Part shown: piece by piece, positions 1-9,055 of the stretch | Numbering within the stretch: the first letter of the stretch is position 1 | Layout of the letters: every line of letters starts with the position of its first letter | From: Eubacteriales bacterium | GTDB lineage: Bacteria; Bacillota; Clostridia; Oscillospirales; CAG-272 | Length of the DNA: 64,000 nucleotides | Assembly (NCBI GenBank): GCA_045660295.1 | Contig: JAZRDN010000040.1 | Coordinates: 34,393 to 98,392, forward strand | Reading direction: 5' to 3' | Translations under genes and position numbers: made by a program | Notes under the pieces: model-generated | What the model was told of the DNA's origin: nothing | What the model saw: only the letters and a program-made list of their open reading frames with translations | The model's database searches: none

Positions 1-71
1 TTTTCGGCGTTTGAGTCGGGCGCGCCCAAGTGAACTGTGATGTATTCGGGAATGTATGGTAGTCTCGGCAT
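1..71 (-). CDS. Partial ORF (5' end only), possible cell-wall or spore-cortex related protein
   Basis: Minus-strand ATG at 69-71 is preceded by GGAGG (76-80). It reads MPRLPYIPEYITVHLGAPDSNAE and runs off the window. Only 23 codons are visible, and the functional hint comes from memory of similar clostridial N-termini. Confidence 0.35.
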   Translation of the reverse strand, partial: MPRLPYIPEYITVHLGAPDSNAE

Positions 72-80
72 ATGTCCTCC

Positions 81-515
81 TTAAAGATTTGGCGGTACGC
101 TATCGGTAACTCTCTCACTGTACGGGTCGAATCTGTCGGTAATTCCGTTTTTGGGAAGCGGCACAAGGCTTACAGGCTGTACCGAGGTTATTCCGTCGAA
201 GATCGGTACCTGTTGAGCGGTTGCGGGAAAGTATCCTTCAAGCTGAATATCCACATTGTAGGTTGCAAAGGGATTTTCGATTCCTGGAGACTCGGAGTTT
301 CCGCGCGGCGGCGCGGCGAGCGATATCTTTGGTGTAAGACCGTCGCGCCCTGTGGTCAGCTCTACTATTACTGCTGAAAAATTGGGCTGGTTTCCTCGTA
401 CAGTCACCGAGGCGTTCTCCAACGGAAGCGCGCCCGAGGCGGTGCTTGCCCTTATAACCAGATATCCTGTCCCCGTGTATCCTATATTTGAATATTGAGG
501 TATGTCTCTGTTCAT
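81..515 (-). CDS. Hypothetical protein, possibly a carboxypeptidase-regulatory-like beta-sandwich domain
   Basis: 144-aa ORF with AGGAGG (522-527) upstream of its ATG. The pattern GYLVIRASTASGALPLENASVTVRG...TTGRDG...YNVDIQLEGY resembles CarboxypepD_reg-type domains. It is tightly coupled to the downstream partial ORF. Confidence 0.5.
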   Translation of the reverse strand: MNRDIPQYSNIGYTGTGYLVIRASTASGALPLENASVTVRGNQPNFSAVIVELTTGRDGLTPKISLAAPPRGNSESPGIENPFATYNVDIQLEGYFPATAQQVPIFDGITSVQPVSLVPLPKNGITDRFDPYSERVTDSVPPNL

Positions 516-592
516 TTCTTTCCTCCTTGATGTTTTAATACGAGTATATGATTAAGGAAATGTAAATGTTAAATAAAAAATTCAAAAAACTA

Positions 593-621
593 TTGCAAAA
601 GGGTAAAAAGTTTGGTATAAT
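593..621 (+). promoter_or_regulatory. Sigma-A type promoter for the SRP RNA
   Basis: TTGCAA (593-598), a 17-nt spacer, and TATAAT (616-621) with an extended -10 TG (613-614). Confidence 0.55.
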
Positions 622-644
622 ATTATAGCAATAAGCAGAATTGC

Positions 645-936
645 ATTGTGAAGCTGCGAAATAAGGCCATACAGCCGGGGAATTAGCGGTGCCCTGTACC
701 TGAAATCCGCTATATGCAGGGGTGCATTCCTCTCTTGAGGGTGAAGCACCTGCGGTCTGTGGCGTGTCTTTTCGTGTTGATGAATGGGTCTTGTGCAATC
801 GGGAGCTGTGAACCATGTCAGGTGGGGAACCAAGCAGCATTAAGCGGTGTACCCGATGTGCCACGAGGCTGCCTGTTCTGAGCGATAGATGCGTATGTCG
901 CGTGGGAGTGACATTCGATTTTGAGGTGTATGGTCT
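645..936 (+). ncRNA. ffs: Signal recognition particle RNA, long Bacillus-type (scRNA) with Alu domain
   Basis: AGCGGTGCCCTGTACCTGAAATCCGC (685-710) and AACCATGTCAGGTGGGGAACCAAGCAGCATTAAG (811-844) closely match the B. subtilis scRNA Alu-domain and domain IV sequences as I recall them. 5' CCATACA (667-673) pairs with 3' TGTATGG (927-933). The position just upstream of dnaX is the conserved Firmicute synteny. Ends are accurate to about 15 nt. Confidence 0.85.
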
Positions 937-1061
937 TATTTTGCAGCTTGCTTTGTAATTTTGGGATAGGCAAGAGAATCGAATCCATAAGCTCTGCGAC
1001 GATAAATTTTAGTATCTTTCGTCGCGCTTAGTCTTGTGGAGGTGGTGATAGGAGGGATAAT

Positions 1062-2648
1062 ATGCATCAGGCTTTGTACAGAAAATGGAGACCGCAGGTG
1101 TTCGACGACGTTTACGGACAGGAGCATATTACCTCTATTTTAAAATATGAAGCGGCATTGGGTAAATTCAACCACGCCTACCTTTTCTGCGGCTCTCGCG
1201 GAACGGGTAAGACTACCTGCGCCAAGATACTCGCTAAGGTGGTAAACTGTGAAAATCCCAAGGACGGCAATCCTTGCGGAGAGTGCGCTTCCTGCCGTTC
1301 AATAGATGAGGGCTTTGCTACCGACGTGCTGGAAATGGACGCCGCGTCAAATAACGGCGTAGATAATATTCGTGATATAAGAGACGAGGTCGCCTATCCG
1401 CCTAACGTGCTTAAGTACAGGGTTTATATCGTGGACGAGGTACATATGCTTTCAGACAGCGCATTCAACGCACTTCTGAAAACGCTTGAGGAGCCTCCGT
1501 CTTACGTTATATTCGTGCTGGCTACCACCGAGCTTCACGAGCTTCCCGCTACTATTATTTCAAGATGTCAGCGCTTCGAGTTCCGTAGAATATCAATCGA
1601 CGTTTTGGTTGAAAGACTTTCACATATCGCCCAAAAAGAGGGAATAAACGTAAGCCGCGGTGCGCTTCAGCTTATAGCCAAGATAGCGCAGGGCGGTATG
1701 CGTGACGCGATAAGTCTCCTTGACCTTTGCGCAGGCGGCAGACGTGATAAGCTTATCGACGAGGATATTGTAAATGAAATAGTCGGACTTAGTGGCAGAA
1801 GTACTATTGCCGATGTGGTAAACGCCGTAGCCGATAAAAATTTCGACGTTATTCTTAGAGAAGTGGATAATATCGTTCGTTCCTCTAAGGATATAGCGGT
1901 GTTCTGGCAAAATCTTATGTCCTTTTACCGCGATATGCTGGTGCTTAAGTCCTCGAAGGATGCGGCTAAATATCTCGACCTTACCGATAACGAGCTTAAG
2001 CAGCTTACCGACGTAACCGCGAAATTCTCGCGTGAAACGATACTTGCTCACTGTAAACAGCTTGAGGGCGCGCTTTTCGCTATACAGAAGTCAAATGCTA
2101 TAAAGCGTACCGTTGCCGAGCTTACACTCGTTAAAATGTGTGATGAAACGCTTGATGCTTCCAATGAAAATCTTTTGTCGAGAGTTTCCAAGCTCGAGGA
2201 TACCATAGCGTTGGGCGTTACCGTCAAGCCTGCTCCGCAGACCGAAAAGAAGGCTGAAACCGAGCCTGAAAAGGTTGTCCAAGCTCCCACCGAAGCCCCA
2301 AAGGCAGAGTCCAAGAAAACAGACGACGTGCCAAAGTTCAAAGGGCTTTCTTCGTGGGCCGAGGTGCTTGACAGAGTTTCTCAAAGCGATAACAGAGCGG
2401 CTTCATATCTTCGCCAGACCCGCGCGTTCGTAGCGGATAGCGGAATAGTTAAGATATTCGTTCCCGACTCGTTTACAATGATGATGATAGACGGCTCGGG
2501 CGCCAAGGACTCGCTCCGCGCGGCACTTTCAATGTGCCTCAAGCGTGAGGTCGGTGACTCGCAACTGATTTTCGAGCTTGCTCCCAAGGACCTTAAGGAA
2601 ATGAGCGACGAAGCGCTTGAACGAATGATAAAAAACACTGAAAATTAA
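1062..2648 (+). CDS. dnaX: DNA polymerase III subunit gamma/tau
   Basis: 528 aa with the Walker A motif GSRGTGKTT, a Zn module CGECASC, and the clamp-loader motif SRCQRFEF. AGGAGGGA RBS is present. Confidence 0.95.
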   Translation: MHQALYRKWRPQVFDDVYGQEHITSILKYEAALGKFNHAYLFCGSRGTGKTTCAKILAKVVNCENPKDGNPCGECASCRSIDEGFATDVLEMDAASNNGVDNIRDIRDEVAYPPNVLKYRVYIVDEVHMLSDSAFNALLKTLEEPPSYVIFVLATTELHELPATIISRCQRFEFRRISIDVLVERLSHIAQKEGINVSRGALQLIAKIAQGGMRDAISLLDLCAGGRRDKLIDEDIVNEIVGLSGRSTIADVVNAVADKNFDVILREVDNIVRSSKDIAVFWQNLMSFYRDMLVLKSSKDAAKYLDLTDNELKQLTDVTAKFSRETILAHCKQLEGALFAIQKSNAIKRTVAELTLVKMCDETLDASNENLLSRVSKLEDTIALGVTVKPAPQTEKKAETEPEKVVQAPTEAPKAESKKTDDVPKFKGLSSWAEVLDRVSQSDNRAASYLRQTRAFVADSGIVKIFVPDSFTMMMIDGSGAKDSLRAALSMCLKREVGDSQLIFELAPKDLKEMSDEALERMIKNTEN

Positions 2649-2670
2649 TTGACAGAAAGGAATAAAAACT

Positions 2671-3018
2671 ATGAAAGCAAGATTACCTCAGGGAATGGGC
2701 GGCGGTCCCCAGAATATGAACGCCATGCTTAAGCAGGCGCAGAAAATGCAGGAGGATATGGCGGCGCTTCAGGAAGACCTTGACGCAAGAGAATATGACG
2801 TTAAAGCAGGCGGCGGAATGGTCGAGGTAAAGATCAACGGTAAGAGAGAAGTCCTCGCCGTAAGCATAAAGCCCGAGATCGTAGACCCCGATGACGTTGA
2901 GACACTTGAGGATATTATCGTGGCGGCTGTAAACGAGGCTATCAAGACTGTGGACGGCACCAACGAGGCTGAGATGTCTAAGATAACCGGAAGCTTCGGC
3001 TTGCCCGGAATGTTCTGA
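2671..3018 (+). CDS. ybaB: Nucleoid-associated protein YbaB/EbfC family
   Basis: 115 aa with N-terminus ...[15 protein letters not shown]... typical of YbaB. It sits in the dnaX-ybaB-recR synteny. Confidence 0.9.
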   Translation: MKARLPQGMGGGPQNMNAMLKQAQKMQEDMAALQEDLDAREYDVKAGGGMVEVKINGKREVLAVSIKPEIVDPDDVETLEDIIVAAVNEAIKTVDGTNEAEMSKITGSFGLPGMF

Positions 3019-3019
3019 T

Positions 3020-3613
3020 ATGGCTGAAATCGAATCGCTCGTGCACCTTGCCGAGCAGTTTGGACGGCTTTCGGGAATAGGCAGAAAAAGCGCTATGAGA
3101 ATGGCGTATTCGGTGCTGGAGTTTTCGGACGAAGAAGCCGCGGAGTTTGCCAAAGCGATCGTTGATGCCAAAACCAATATACATTATTGTCCCATTTGTC
3201 AGAACTTGACAGACAGAGACGTGTGCTATGTTTGTAACGACATGGACAGAGATACGTCGGTAATCTGCGTGGTCGAGGACGCAAGGGCTGTAATGTCGCT
3301 TGAAAAGGTGAGGGAATACAGAGGGCTTTACCACGTTCTCCACGGCGTTATCTCGCCTGTGAACGGTATTACCCCTGAACAGCTTAAGCTCAAGGAGCTT
3401 TTGGCGAGAATAGACGAAAACGTAAAAGAAATAATCGTCGCAACCAATCCCACTGTTGAGGGAGAAGCAACGGCGATGTATATTTCAAGACTTATAAAAC
3501 CCCTTGGCGTAAAGGTCACAAGACTCGCCTACGGCGTGCCCGTCGGCGCTGACCTTGAATACGCCGATGAAGTGACGCTTTTCCGCGCGCTTGAGGGCAG
3601 ACGGGATTTTTGA
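3020..3613 (+). CDS. recR: Recombination protein RecR
   Basis: 197 aa with a C4 zinc finger ([16 protein letters not shown]) and a Toprim region ([15 protein letters not shown]). Confidence 0.95.
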   Translation: MAEIESLVHLAEQFGRLSGIGRKSAMRMAYSVLEFSDEEAAEFAKAIVDAKTNIHYCPICQNLTDRDVCYVCNDMDRDTSVICVVEDARAVMSLEKVREYRGLYHVLHGVISPVNGITPEQLKLKELLARIDENVKEIIVATNPTVEGEATAMYISRLIKPLGVKVTRLAYGVPVGADLEYADEVTLFRALEGRRDF

Positions 3614-3625
3614 ATACAACTAAAA

Positions 3626-3652
3626 AAGGAGCAGTTTGATAAACTGCTCCTT
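3626..3652. terminator. Bidirectional rho-independent terminator (recR / LRR gene)
   Basis: AAGGAGCAGTTT-gat-AAACTGCTCCTT is a perfect 12-bp stem flanked by A-runs and T-runs, lying between convergent genes. Confidence 0.7.
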
Positions 3653-3657
3653 AAAAT

Positions 3658-5136
3658 TTATGGGGTTACAATATCACCGTCAGTGCAGTGAACAACACAG
3701 CCTGTGGGAATACTTGCTGTGTTAACCGTTGCCCACTGTTCTTTAGTGCCCGAATAATTAATATCTGTCAAGCTACTGCAACCCCCAAACGCACCATTTC
3801 CAATACCCGTCACGCTGTCGGGAATATTTATGCTTGTCAAGCTACTGCAACCAAGGAACGCATACCAGTCAATACTTGTCACGCTGTTGGGTATAATTAT
3901 GCTTGCTAACCACCCGCAATTTTGGAACGCACCGCATCCAATATTCGTCACACTGTCGGGTATAGTTATGCTTGTTAACCACCCGCAATCATAGAACGCA
4001 CAATGTCCTATAATTTTCACCGTTTCCGGCAAAACAACGCTTGTAATATTTCTATCAGCTTCTACTGCAACAACATATGGATTGTTTTTGTTTCCAAGAT
4101 ATTTAATACTGTCTTTTTCATTGTATTTTAAGCTGCTGCAATCATAGAACGCATCCTTGTGTATACTCGTCACGCTGTCGGGGATATGTATATCTGTCAA
4201 ACTTTTGCAATAACCGAACGCAAATTCTTCAATGTTCGTCACACTGTCGGGTATAGTTATGCTTGTCAAGTTACTGCAACCATAGAATGCCTCACCACCT
4301 ATAATTTTCACCGTTTCCGGCAAAATAACGCTTGTAATATTTCTATCAGCTTTTACCGCGACAACATATGGATTGTTTTTGTTTCCAAGATATTTAACGC
4401 CGTCTTTTTCATTGTATTTTAAGCTACTGCAACCATAGAACGCATCCTTATCTATACTCGTCACGTTGTCGGGTATAGTTATGCTTGTCAAGCTACTGCA
4501 ATTAAAGAACGCAGCACCGTCAATACTCGTCACGCTGTCGCCGATTACTACGCTTGTCAAGCTGTTGCACTCACAGAACACCCACTCTCCTATGCTCTGT
4601 ACTCTGTCTGGTATATCTATGCTTGTCAAGCCACTGCAGCCATAAAACGCCTGTTCGCCTATACTCGTCACACTGTCGGGGATATGTATATCTGTCAAAC
4701 TTTTGCAATAACCGAACGCACCTTCACCGATGATCGTTATACTCTGGGAAATATCTATGTTCGTCAAGCTACTGCAATCTACAAACGCACAGTCTCCTAT
4801 ACTCGTCACGCCGTTTTCAATAACTATGCTGTTTATATTTTCTCTTTGTTCATACCAAGGTATACTTTCTAGATCCTCATAATCTTCCATATTACCTTTT
4901 CCCGAAATGGTAAGAGTGCCTGTTGCCTCGTCAAACGACCATGTTATACCCTGTGGTTCTTCTTGGGTAGAGGGATTTTCGCCGATAGGGGGATTTTCTT
5001 CAATATAAGGATTTTCGCTGTTTGTGCTATCGTCATTAGTTCCGTCAACGGGAATTTCACCGCAGGCGCTAAACGCCAGCATAGTCAGGATTGCCAGCGC
5101 AATCAACAGAAGGTGGGTAAGTTTTCGTTTTGTCAT
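3658..5136 (-). CDS. BspA-type leucine-rich-repeat surface lipoprotein
   Basis: The 596-aa ORF is trimmed to ATG 5134-5136 (GGAGG at 5145-5149, 8-nt spacing), giving 492 aa. Lipoprotein signal peptide is MTKRKLTHLLLIALAILTMLAFSAC. There are about 16 repeats of the ~23-aa unit IPDSVTSIGxxAFxxCSSLTSIxI. Confidence 0.8.
   Translation of the reverse strand: MTKRKLTHLLLIALAILTMLAFSACGEIPVDGTNDDSTNSENPYIEENPPIGENPSTQEEPQGITWSFDEATGTLTISGKGNMEDYEDLESIPWYEQRENINSIVIENGVTSIGDCAFVDCSSLTNIDISQSITIIGEGAFGYCKSLTDIHIPDSVTSIGEQAFYGCSGLTSIDIPDRVQSIGEWVFCECNSLTSVVIGDSVTSIDGAAFFNCSSLTSITIPDNVTSIDKDAFYGCSSLKYNEKDGVKYLGNKNNPYVVAVKADRNITSVILPETVKIIGGEAFYGCSNLTSITIPDSVTNIEEFAFGYCKSLTDIHIPDSVTSIHKDAFYDCSSLKYNEKDSIKYLGNKNNPYVVAVEADRNITSVVLPETVKIIGHCAFYDCGWLTSITIPDSVTNIGCGAFQNCGWLASIIIPNSVTSIDWYAFLGCSSLTSINIPDSVTGIGNGAFGGCSSLTDINYSGTKEQWATVNTASIPTGCVVHCTDGDIVTP
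4007..4471 (-). repeat. Intragenic tandem duplication (291-bp period) inside the LRR gene
   Basis: Segment 4007-4180 is repeated nearly identically at 4298-4471 (CCTATAATTTTCACCGTTTCCGGCAAAA...). A 43-bp exact repeat GGGGATATGTATATCTGTCAAACTTTTGCAATAACCGAACGCA also occurs at 4180-4222 and 4678-4720. Confidence 0.8.
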
Positions 5137-5150
5137 TTTCTTTTCCTCCA

Positions 5151-5182
5151 AAAATAAAAAGTGCGCAGCCGAAGCTACGCAC
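5151..5182 (-). terminator. Terminator-like hairpin inside the 5' leader of the LRR lipoprotein gene (candidate attenuator)
   Basis: On the minus-strand RNA, GUGCGUAGC-UUCG-GCUGCGCAC forms 9 bp with a UUCG tetraloop and is followed by UUUUUAUUUU. It sits immediately upstream of the RBS. Confidence 0.5.
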
Positions 5183-5323
5183 GAAAAACACATAGCTCCG
5201 ATTGCTGCGACACAACTTTTCCTTACCCATAAACAAGTACGCGAAAAAAGAGCATGCATTTTTACCAAAAGATAAAAATAGCGTACTTCAAATATGGATA
5301 ATATTAAGTTATGTCGCAAGATT

Positions 5324-5352
5324 ATTTTATCACAATAATTACCAAAAGTCAA
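5324..5352 (-). promoter_or_regulatory. Sigma-A type promoter for the LRR lipoprotein gene
   Basis: On the minus strand: TTGACT (5347-5352), a 17-nt spacer, and TAAAAT (5324-5329) with an extended -10 TG. Confidence 0.5.
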
Positions 5353-5374
5353 TAGAAAAACCAAAAAAACAAAA

Positions 5375-5396
5375 ATCCCCGCTTTTAAGCGGGGAT
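5375..5396 (-). terminator. Rho-independent terminator of the addBA operon
   Basis: ATCCCCGCT-ttta-AGCGGGGAT is followed on the minus strand by a T-run (TTTTTGTTTTTTT). It lies 15 nt after the addA stop. Confidence 0.7.
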
Positions 5397-5410
5397 AAAG
5401 TATGCTCTTT

Positions 5411-8400
5411 TTATTTTTTCTTTTCTTCAAGCCGTATATCGCTGCCAAACGGAAGGGAATATATCAAGACCTCATCGGGTGCTTTTCCAAGCATTTCGGT
5501 TATAGCCTTAGCGTAGTAAGAAAGCTGTTCGGCGTGCCGTTTTGTGAGCTTTTCTATTGCCAGATAGGGCGACGCAAGCTCCTCTTTTGTCAGATAGTCT
5601 GTCTTGTAGTCGCAAAGCACGATCTTTCCGTCGATATCCTCAAAGAAAATGTCAATAACACCTTGAACTGCAATCGTCTCGTCTTTGAGAAGCTTGGACT
5701 TTTCTTCTTCTTGCGTAAAATCCGAGGCAGGCAAAAAGATGTTGAAGCGTTGCTCTCTCCAAAGCCTTTTGGCGTTGGATATCCTCTTATAAAGTTCGCT
5801 TTCAAAGAACGCCTTAAGCTGATATTTGTTAATGATGTCGGCGTATTTTTCGGAGATGAACTTTTTCTCTCTAAGCCGCGCTATCTCGTTGTCAATTCCG
5901 TGTTTGACCGCGTTGTCAAAATCGCAGAATTGCAAGAACGCGTGTGTGGCAGTTCCGCGCTCGGCGGCGCTTGCGCCGTTCTCGGCGTTAAGGCTTTCGG
6001 GGGGAGTAAACGAATTGCCGAATTGCTTTTCAAAGCTGTCGTTAAGCTGCTCGAGGCTTGCCGCATGCTCGTCGGCAACGTCAAGCACCTTGGGAGAAAG
6101 CGCCGAGACCGAGAGCTTGGCGGGGAGCTTTGAAATATGCTCAAATTCGTATTTGCTCTCAAAACGCTCAAGAAGTAACTTTACAAGCTCGGGGTCTGCG
6201 GTTTCCGCCTCATTCGTATTATCATTTTGGTTTGCGTTGGGAGCGCCATAGCTTGCGGAAATATCGCTTTGGTCATATGCCCGATATTCGATACGGAAGC
6301 AGTCCTGCTTGTCAGCAAGCGGAAGCGCCATCATTATCCATTCAATGTAGCTTGATGAGGAAAGAATGGCATAGCTTTGGTCGTATTTGCATATCTCCGC
6401 GGTGTTCGCCAGCTTTTTCTTAGGCTCAGGGAGATTGGCAACCATGTAAAGCCTTTCGCGAGCTCTTGTCATGGCAACGTACAAAAGACGCATTTCTTCC
6501 TCGGTTTGAAGCAACACTCTCGTGTCGATAACAGAACGCAGAAGCGGTGAATCGTACTTTGCCAGACCGTTTTCGTCGTGTTGCGCAAAGCCGATACCCA
6601 GCGATGGCTCAAACTGTATCGTGTCGCCCTTGAATTTGAAATTGAATCCTTTCTCGCATTGGAAAACAAAGCACACGGGAAATTCAAGACCCTTTGATTG
6701 ATGTATGGTCATGATCTTTACGCAGTTCGTGTCACCCGCTTCGCTCGATTCCGAAAGCGATACCTTGCACTCTATCAGCTCGTTTACGTATTTTATAAAG
6801 CCGTAAAGACCCTTGAAGCCGTTTGACTCAAATCTTATGGCGTATTCGTAAAGCCTGAGCAGATTTTGGCTTCCGTCAGTGGCATAAGAGAGAATCGAAA
6901 GCTCGTTATACAGCTTTTTGATGAGCTTGTCGCAGGGCGATGTCATTGCGGCGTTTCTCCAGTATTCAAGCTCACCGTTGAAGCGCTTGCATTTTTTGCC
7001 CAAATCGGTGTCCTTTTCAGAATACTGCAATAAAGCATCGTAAAGCGAATACGACGGGTCGCAATATGAGCGGATTTCCACAATGTCGTCAAGTGAAAAG
7101 CCGTAGAATGGCGAGCGCAGAGTTCCTGCCAGAGAAATATCCTTTTGCGGATTGTCTATGGTTGAAAGCAACGCCAGCATAAGAAGCACGTCGGGATTTT
7201 CAAAGAAATTGCTTTCACCTGAGCTCTGCGAGGGAATTCCCAGTTTCGCAAGCTCATTTTCAAGCAGCTTGAAATTCGTCTTATCTCTGGCGAGAATGGC
7301 AATGTCCTTGTATTCGATGCTTTTAGGGATAAGATTTCCGTCCTCGTCATTTGCGGCGGCAAGCTGTTCGGTGTCAACAAGCCTTCTTATTTCCCGCGCC
7401 ACGTATTTAGCGCCGCATTTTGCAAGCCTGTCCTTTTCCTCCGGCGACAGAGAACTTGCGGGAATGTCATCGGGCAATACACCTGTTATTGCCACCACAG
7501 CAGGGGTGGGGACGTGGTCGGGGTCATCATATATCTTGGAGAAGATAAGATCGTCCTTTTTCGAGTAGTCGATGCTTTCGGCGCGATTTGAGAAAAGGAA
7601 CGAGGATACAGCGTTAGAAAAGTCAACGACAGTTTCGTCGCATCTGAAATTATTCGACATGAAAAGCGAATATCCGTCGTCATCCTTAATTCTGAATGGG
7701 GTCAGCGTTCTCTTGTATGAAGCGAATATTGACGGATCAGCGCCTCTGAATGTGTAAATGCTCTGCTTGATATCTCCAACCATAAAGCGGTTGTCGGGCT
7801 TTGCTATGGTTTTGAAGATCATATCCTGAACATCGTCAACGTCTTGATACTCGTCAACGTATATGTAATCAAAGCGGTTACGATATTCAAGTGCCACCTC
7901 GGTAGGCTTGCCCGCCTTGTCGCACAGAATGTTAAGAACGAATCTTCGTATGTCGTTAAAGGTGCATATTCCGCGCGCGGCTTTTTCTTCCATAAGTCTT
8001 GTGTGGAATTTTAACAACAGGGCGTGAAGCTCACCGCATATTTTGGCGTTATCCTTAAAGGACAGAGAGATGGTGTCCTGTGAATATTTGAAATATTTTT
8101 CCGCTATGGTCTTTACTTTTTTCTTTAACGCGTCGCGTTTGTCTTTCAGCGCCTTTATTTCTTGGCTTGTACCCTTGTACGAGCCTAATCTGGTGTAAGG
8201 CGGCTTTTTTAGGATCTCGTGCGCCTTCTCGTAATTTTTTTCCTTGATATAGCCGTTTACGGTCTGCCAGAGAGAAAGATCGTCCGAAAAGGCGGGAGCG
8301 AGCGTTATAAGCGCGTTTTCATCGGTTTTTATAAGCTCCAGCGCGTCAGAAGTCACTCCGCACGCATAGTTGAAAAAGGCTTGAGCTTCGTTGCTGGCAA

Positions 8401-9040
8401 CCTCTCCGAATTTTGTGTCAAGAAAATCGGCTTCAGCGGCTTTAAGAAGCTTAGCCTGATAATCCTTCAATGCGTCAACTCCATTTTGCAGAGACAGAAG
8501 CTTTTCGTAAATAAATATGAAAATATCGGCAAGTGTATCACTGCTTCGGGCATTTGTGAAATGCTCGGTAAAATGCTCAAATCCTTCTTGGTCGAAATAA
8601 AAATCCTCTATCGTCTTGTCCATTATAGCGCGATTTATGGGCGCAACCTCGGCGCTGTCGGCTATTCTGGGGATCTGGGAAAGCGGAATTCGCTGAAAGT
8701 TGCTCTTTACTATTTCGTAATAGAAGGAGTCTATGGTGGAGATGTGCGCGTTCCCAAGCTCAACAAGCTGCTTGGAAAGATGCTTGTTGTCGGGCGCCGC
8801 CAAAAGCGCTTTTGAGAGCTCCTTGGAGATCTTTTCGCGGAGATCGGCGGCAGATGCGCGCGTAAAGGTAACTATGAGCATGCGTGATATTTCCGCGGGA
8901 GCATCTTTGTCAATAAGCGAATCTATAATTCGCCTTGCCAGAGTTGCGGTCTTTCCCGAGCCTGCGGCGGCGCTGACAAGAAGTGTCTTGTCTCTTGTGT
9001 TCACGGCAGATGACTGCGCGGGTGTCAAATTTATAGCCAA
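5411..9040 (-). CDS. addA: ATP-dependent helicase/nuclease subunit A (AddA)
   Basis: 1209 aa with a UvrD-type helicase N-terminus (VSAAAGSGKTATL, DEYQD) and a C-terminal PD-(D/E)XK nuclease (VIDIFFED...CDYKTD). Confidence 0.95.
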   Translation of the reverse strand: MAINLTPAQSSAVNTRDKTLLVSAAAGSGKTATLARRIIDSLIDKDAPAEISRMLIVTFTRASAADLREKISKELSKALLAAPDNKHLSKQLVELGNAHISTIDSFYYEIVKSNFQRIPLSQIPRIADSAEVAPINRAIMDKTIEDFYFDQEGFEHFTEHFTNARSSDTLADIFIFIYEKLLSLQNGVDALKDYQAKLLKAAEADFLDTKFGEVASNEAQAFFNYACGVTSDALELIKTDENALITLAPAFSDDLSLWQTVNGYIKEKNYEKAHEILKKPPYTRLGSYKGTSQEIKALKDKRDALKKKVKTIAEKYFKYSQDTISLSFKDNAKICGELHALLLKFHTRLMEEKAARGICTFNDIRRFVLNILCDKAGKPTEVALEYRNRFDYIYVDEYQDVDDVQDMIFKTIAKPDNRFMVGDIKQSIYTFRGADPSIFASYKRTLTPFRIKDDDGYSLFMSNNFRCDETVVDFSNAVSSFLFSNRAESIDYSKKDDLIFSKIYDDPDHVPTPAVVAITGVLPDDIPASSLSPEEKDRLAKCGAKYVAREIRRLVDTEQLAAANDEDGNLIPKSIEYKDIAILARDKTNFKLLENELAKLGIPSQSSGESNFFENPDVLLMLALLSTIDNPQKDISLAGTLRSPFYGFSLDDIVEIRSYCDPSYSLYDALLQYSEKDTDLGKKCKRFNGELEYWRNAAMTSPCDKLIKKLYNELSILSYATDGSQNLLRLYEYAIRFESNGFKGLYGFIKYVNELIECKVSLSESSEAGDTNCVKIMTIHQSKGLEFPVCFVFQCEKGFNFKFKGDTIQFEPSLGIGFAQHDENGLAKYDSPLLRSVIDTRVLLQTEEEMRLLYVAMTRARERLYMVANLPEPKKKLANTAEICKYDQSYAILSSSSYIEWIMMALPLADKQDCFRIEYRAYDQSDISASYGAPNANQNDNTNEAETADPELVKLLLERFESKYEFEHISKLPAKLSVSALSPKVLDVADEHAASLEQLNDSFEKQFGNSFTPPESLNAENGASAAERGTATHAFLQFCDFDNAVKHGIDNEIARLREKKFISEKYADIINKYQLKAFFESELYKRISNAKRLWREQRFNIFLPASDFTQEEEKSKLLKDETIAVQGVIDIFFEDIDGKIVLCDYKTDYLTKEELASPYLAIEKLTKRHAEQLSYYAKAITEMLGKAPDEVLIYSLPFGSDIRLEEKKK

Positions 9041-9055
9041 ATCCTCACATCCTTT

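Noticed and set aside
72-377. 101-aa plus-strand ORF
   Set aside because: It lies entirely antisense to the better-supported 81-515 minus-strand ORF, which has an RBS and is coupled to a downstream gene. The plus-strand ORF has no RBS.
535-864. 109-aa and 83-aa minus-strand ORFs (535-864 and 582-833)
   Set aside because: They lie across the SRP RNA gene and its promoter. The region is explained by the ncRNA.
1062-2648. Programmed -1 frameshift site in dnaX (the E. coli gamma/tau type)
   Set aside because: No A AAA AAG-type slippery heptamer with a downstream structure was seen. CAAAAAGAG near 1631 is not in a slippery register.
3700-4900. Regularly spaced ~69-bp repeats that could be mistaken for a CRISPR-like array
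   Set aside because: They are in-frame leucine-rich-repeat coding units of one long ORF. The repeats are imperfect, with no unique spacers and no cas genes.
5137-5448. N-terminal 104-codon extension of the LRR ORF (listed as 3658-5448)
   Set aside because: The extension runs through a terminator hairpin, a promoter and the addA terminator. The internal ATG at 5134-5136 has a GGAGG RBS and begins a canonical lipoprotein signal peptide.
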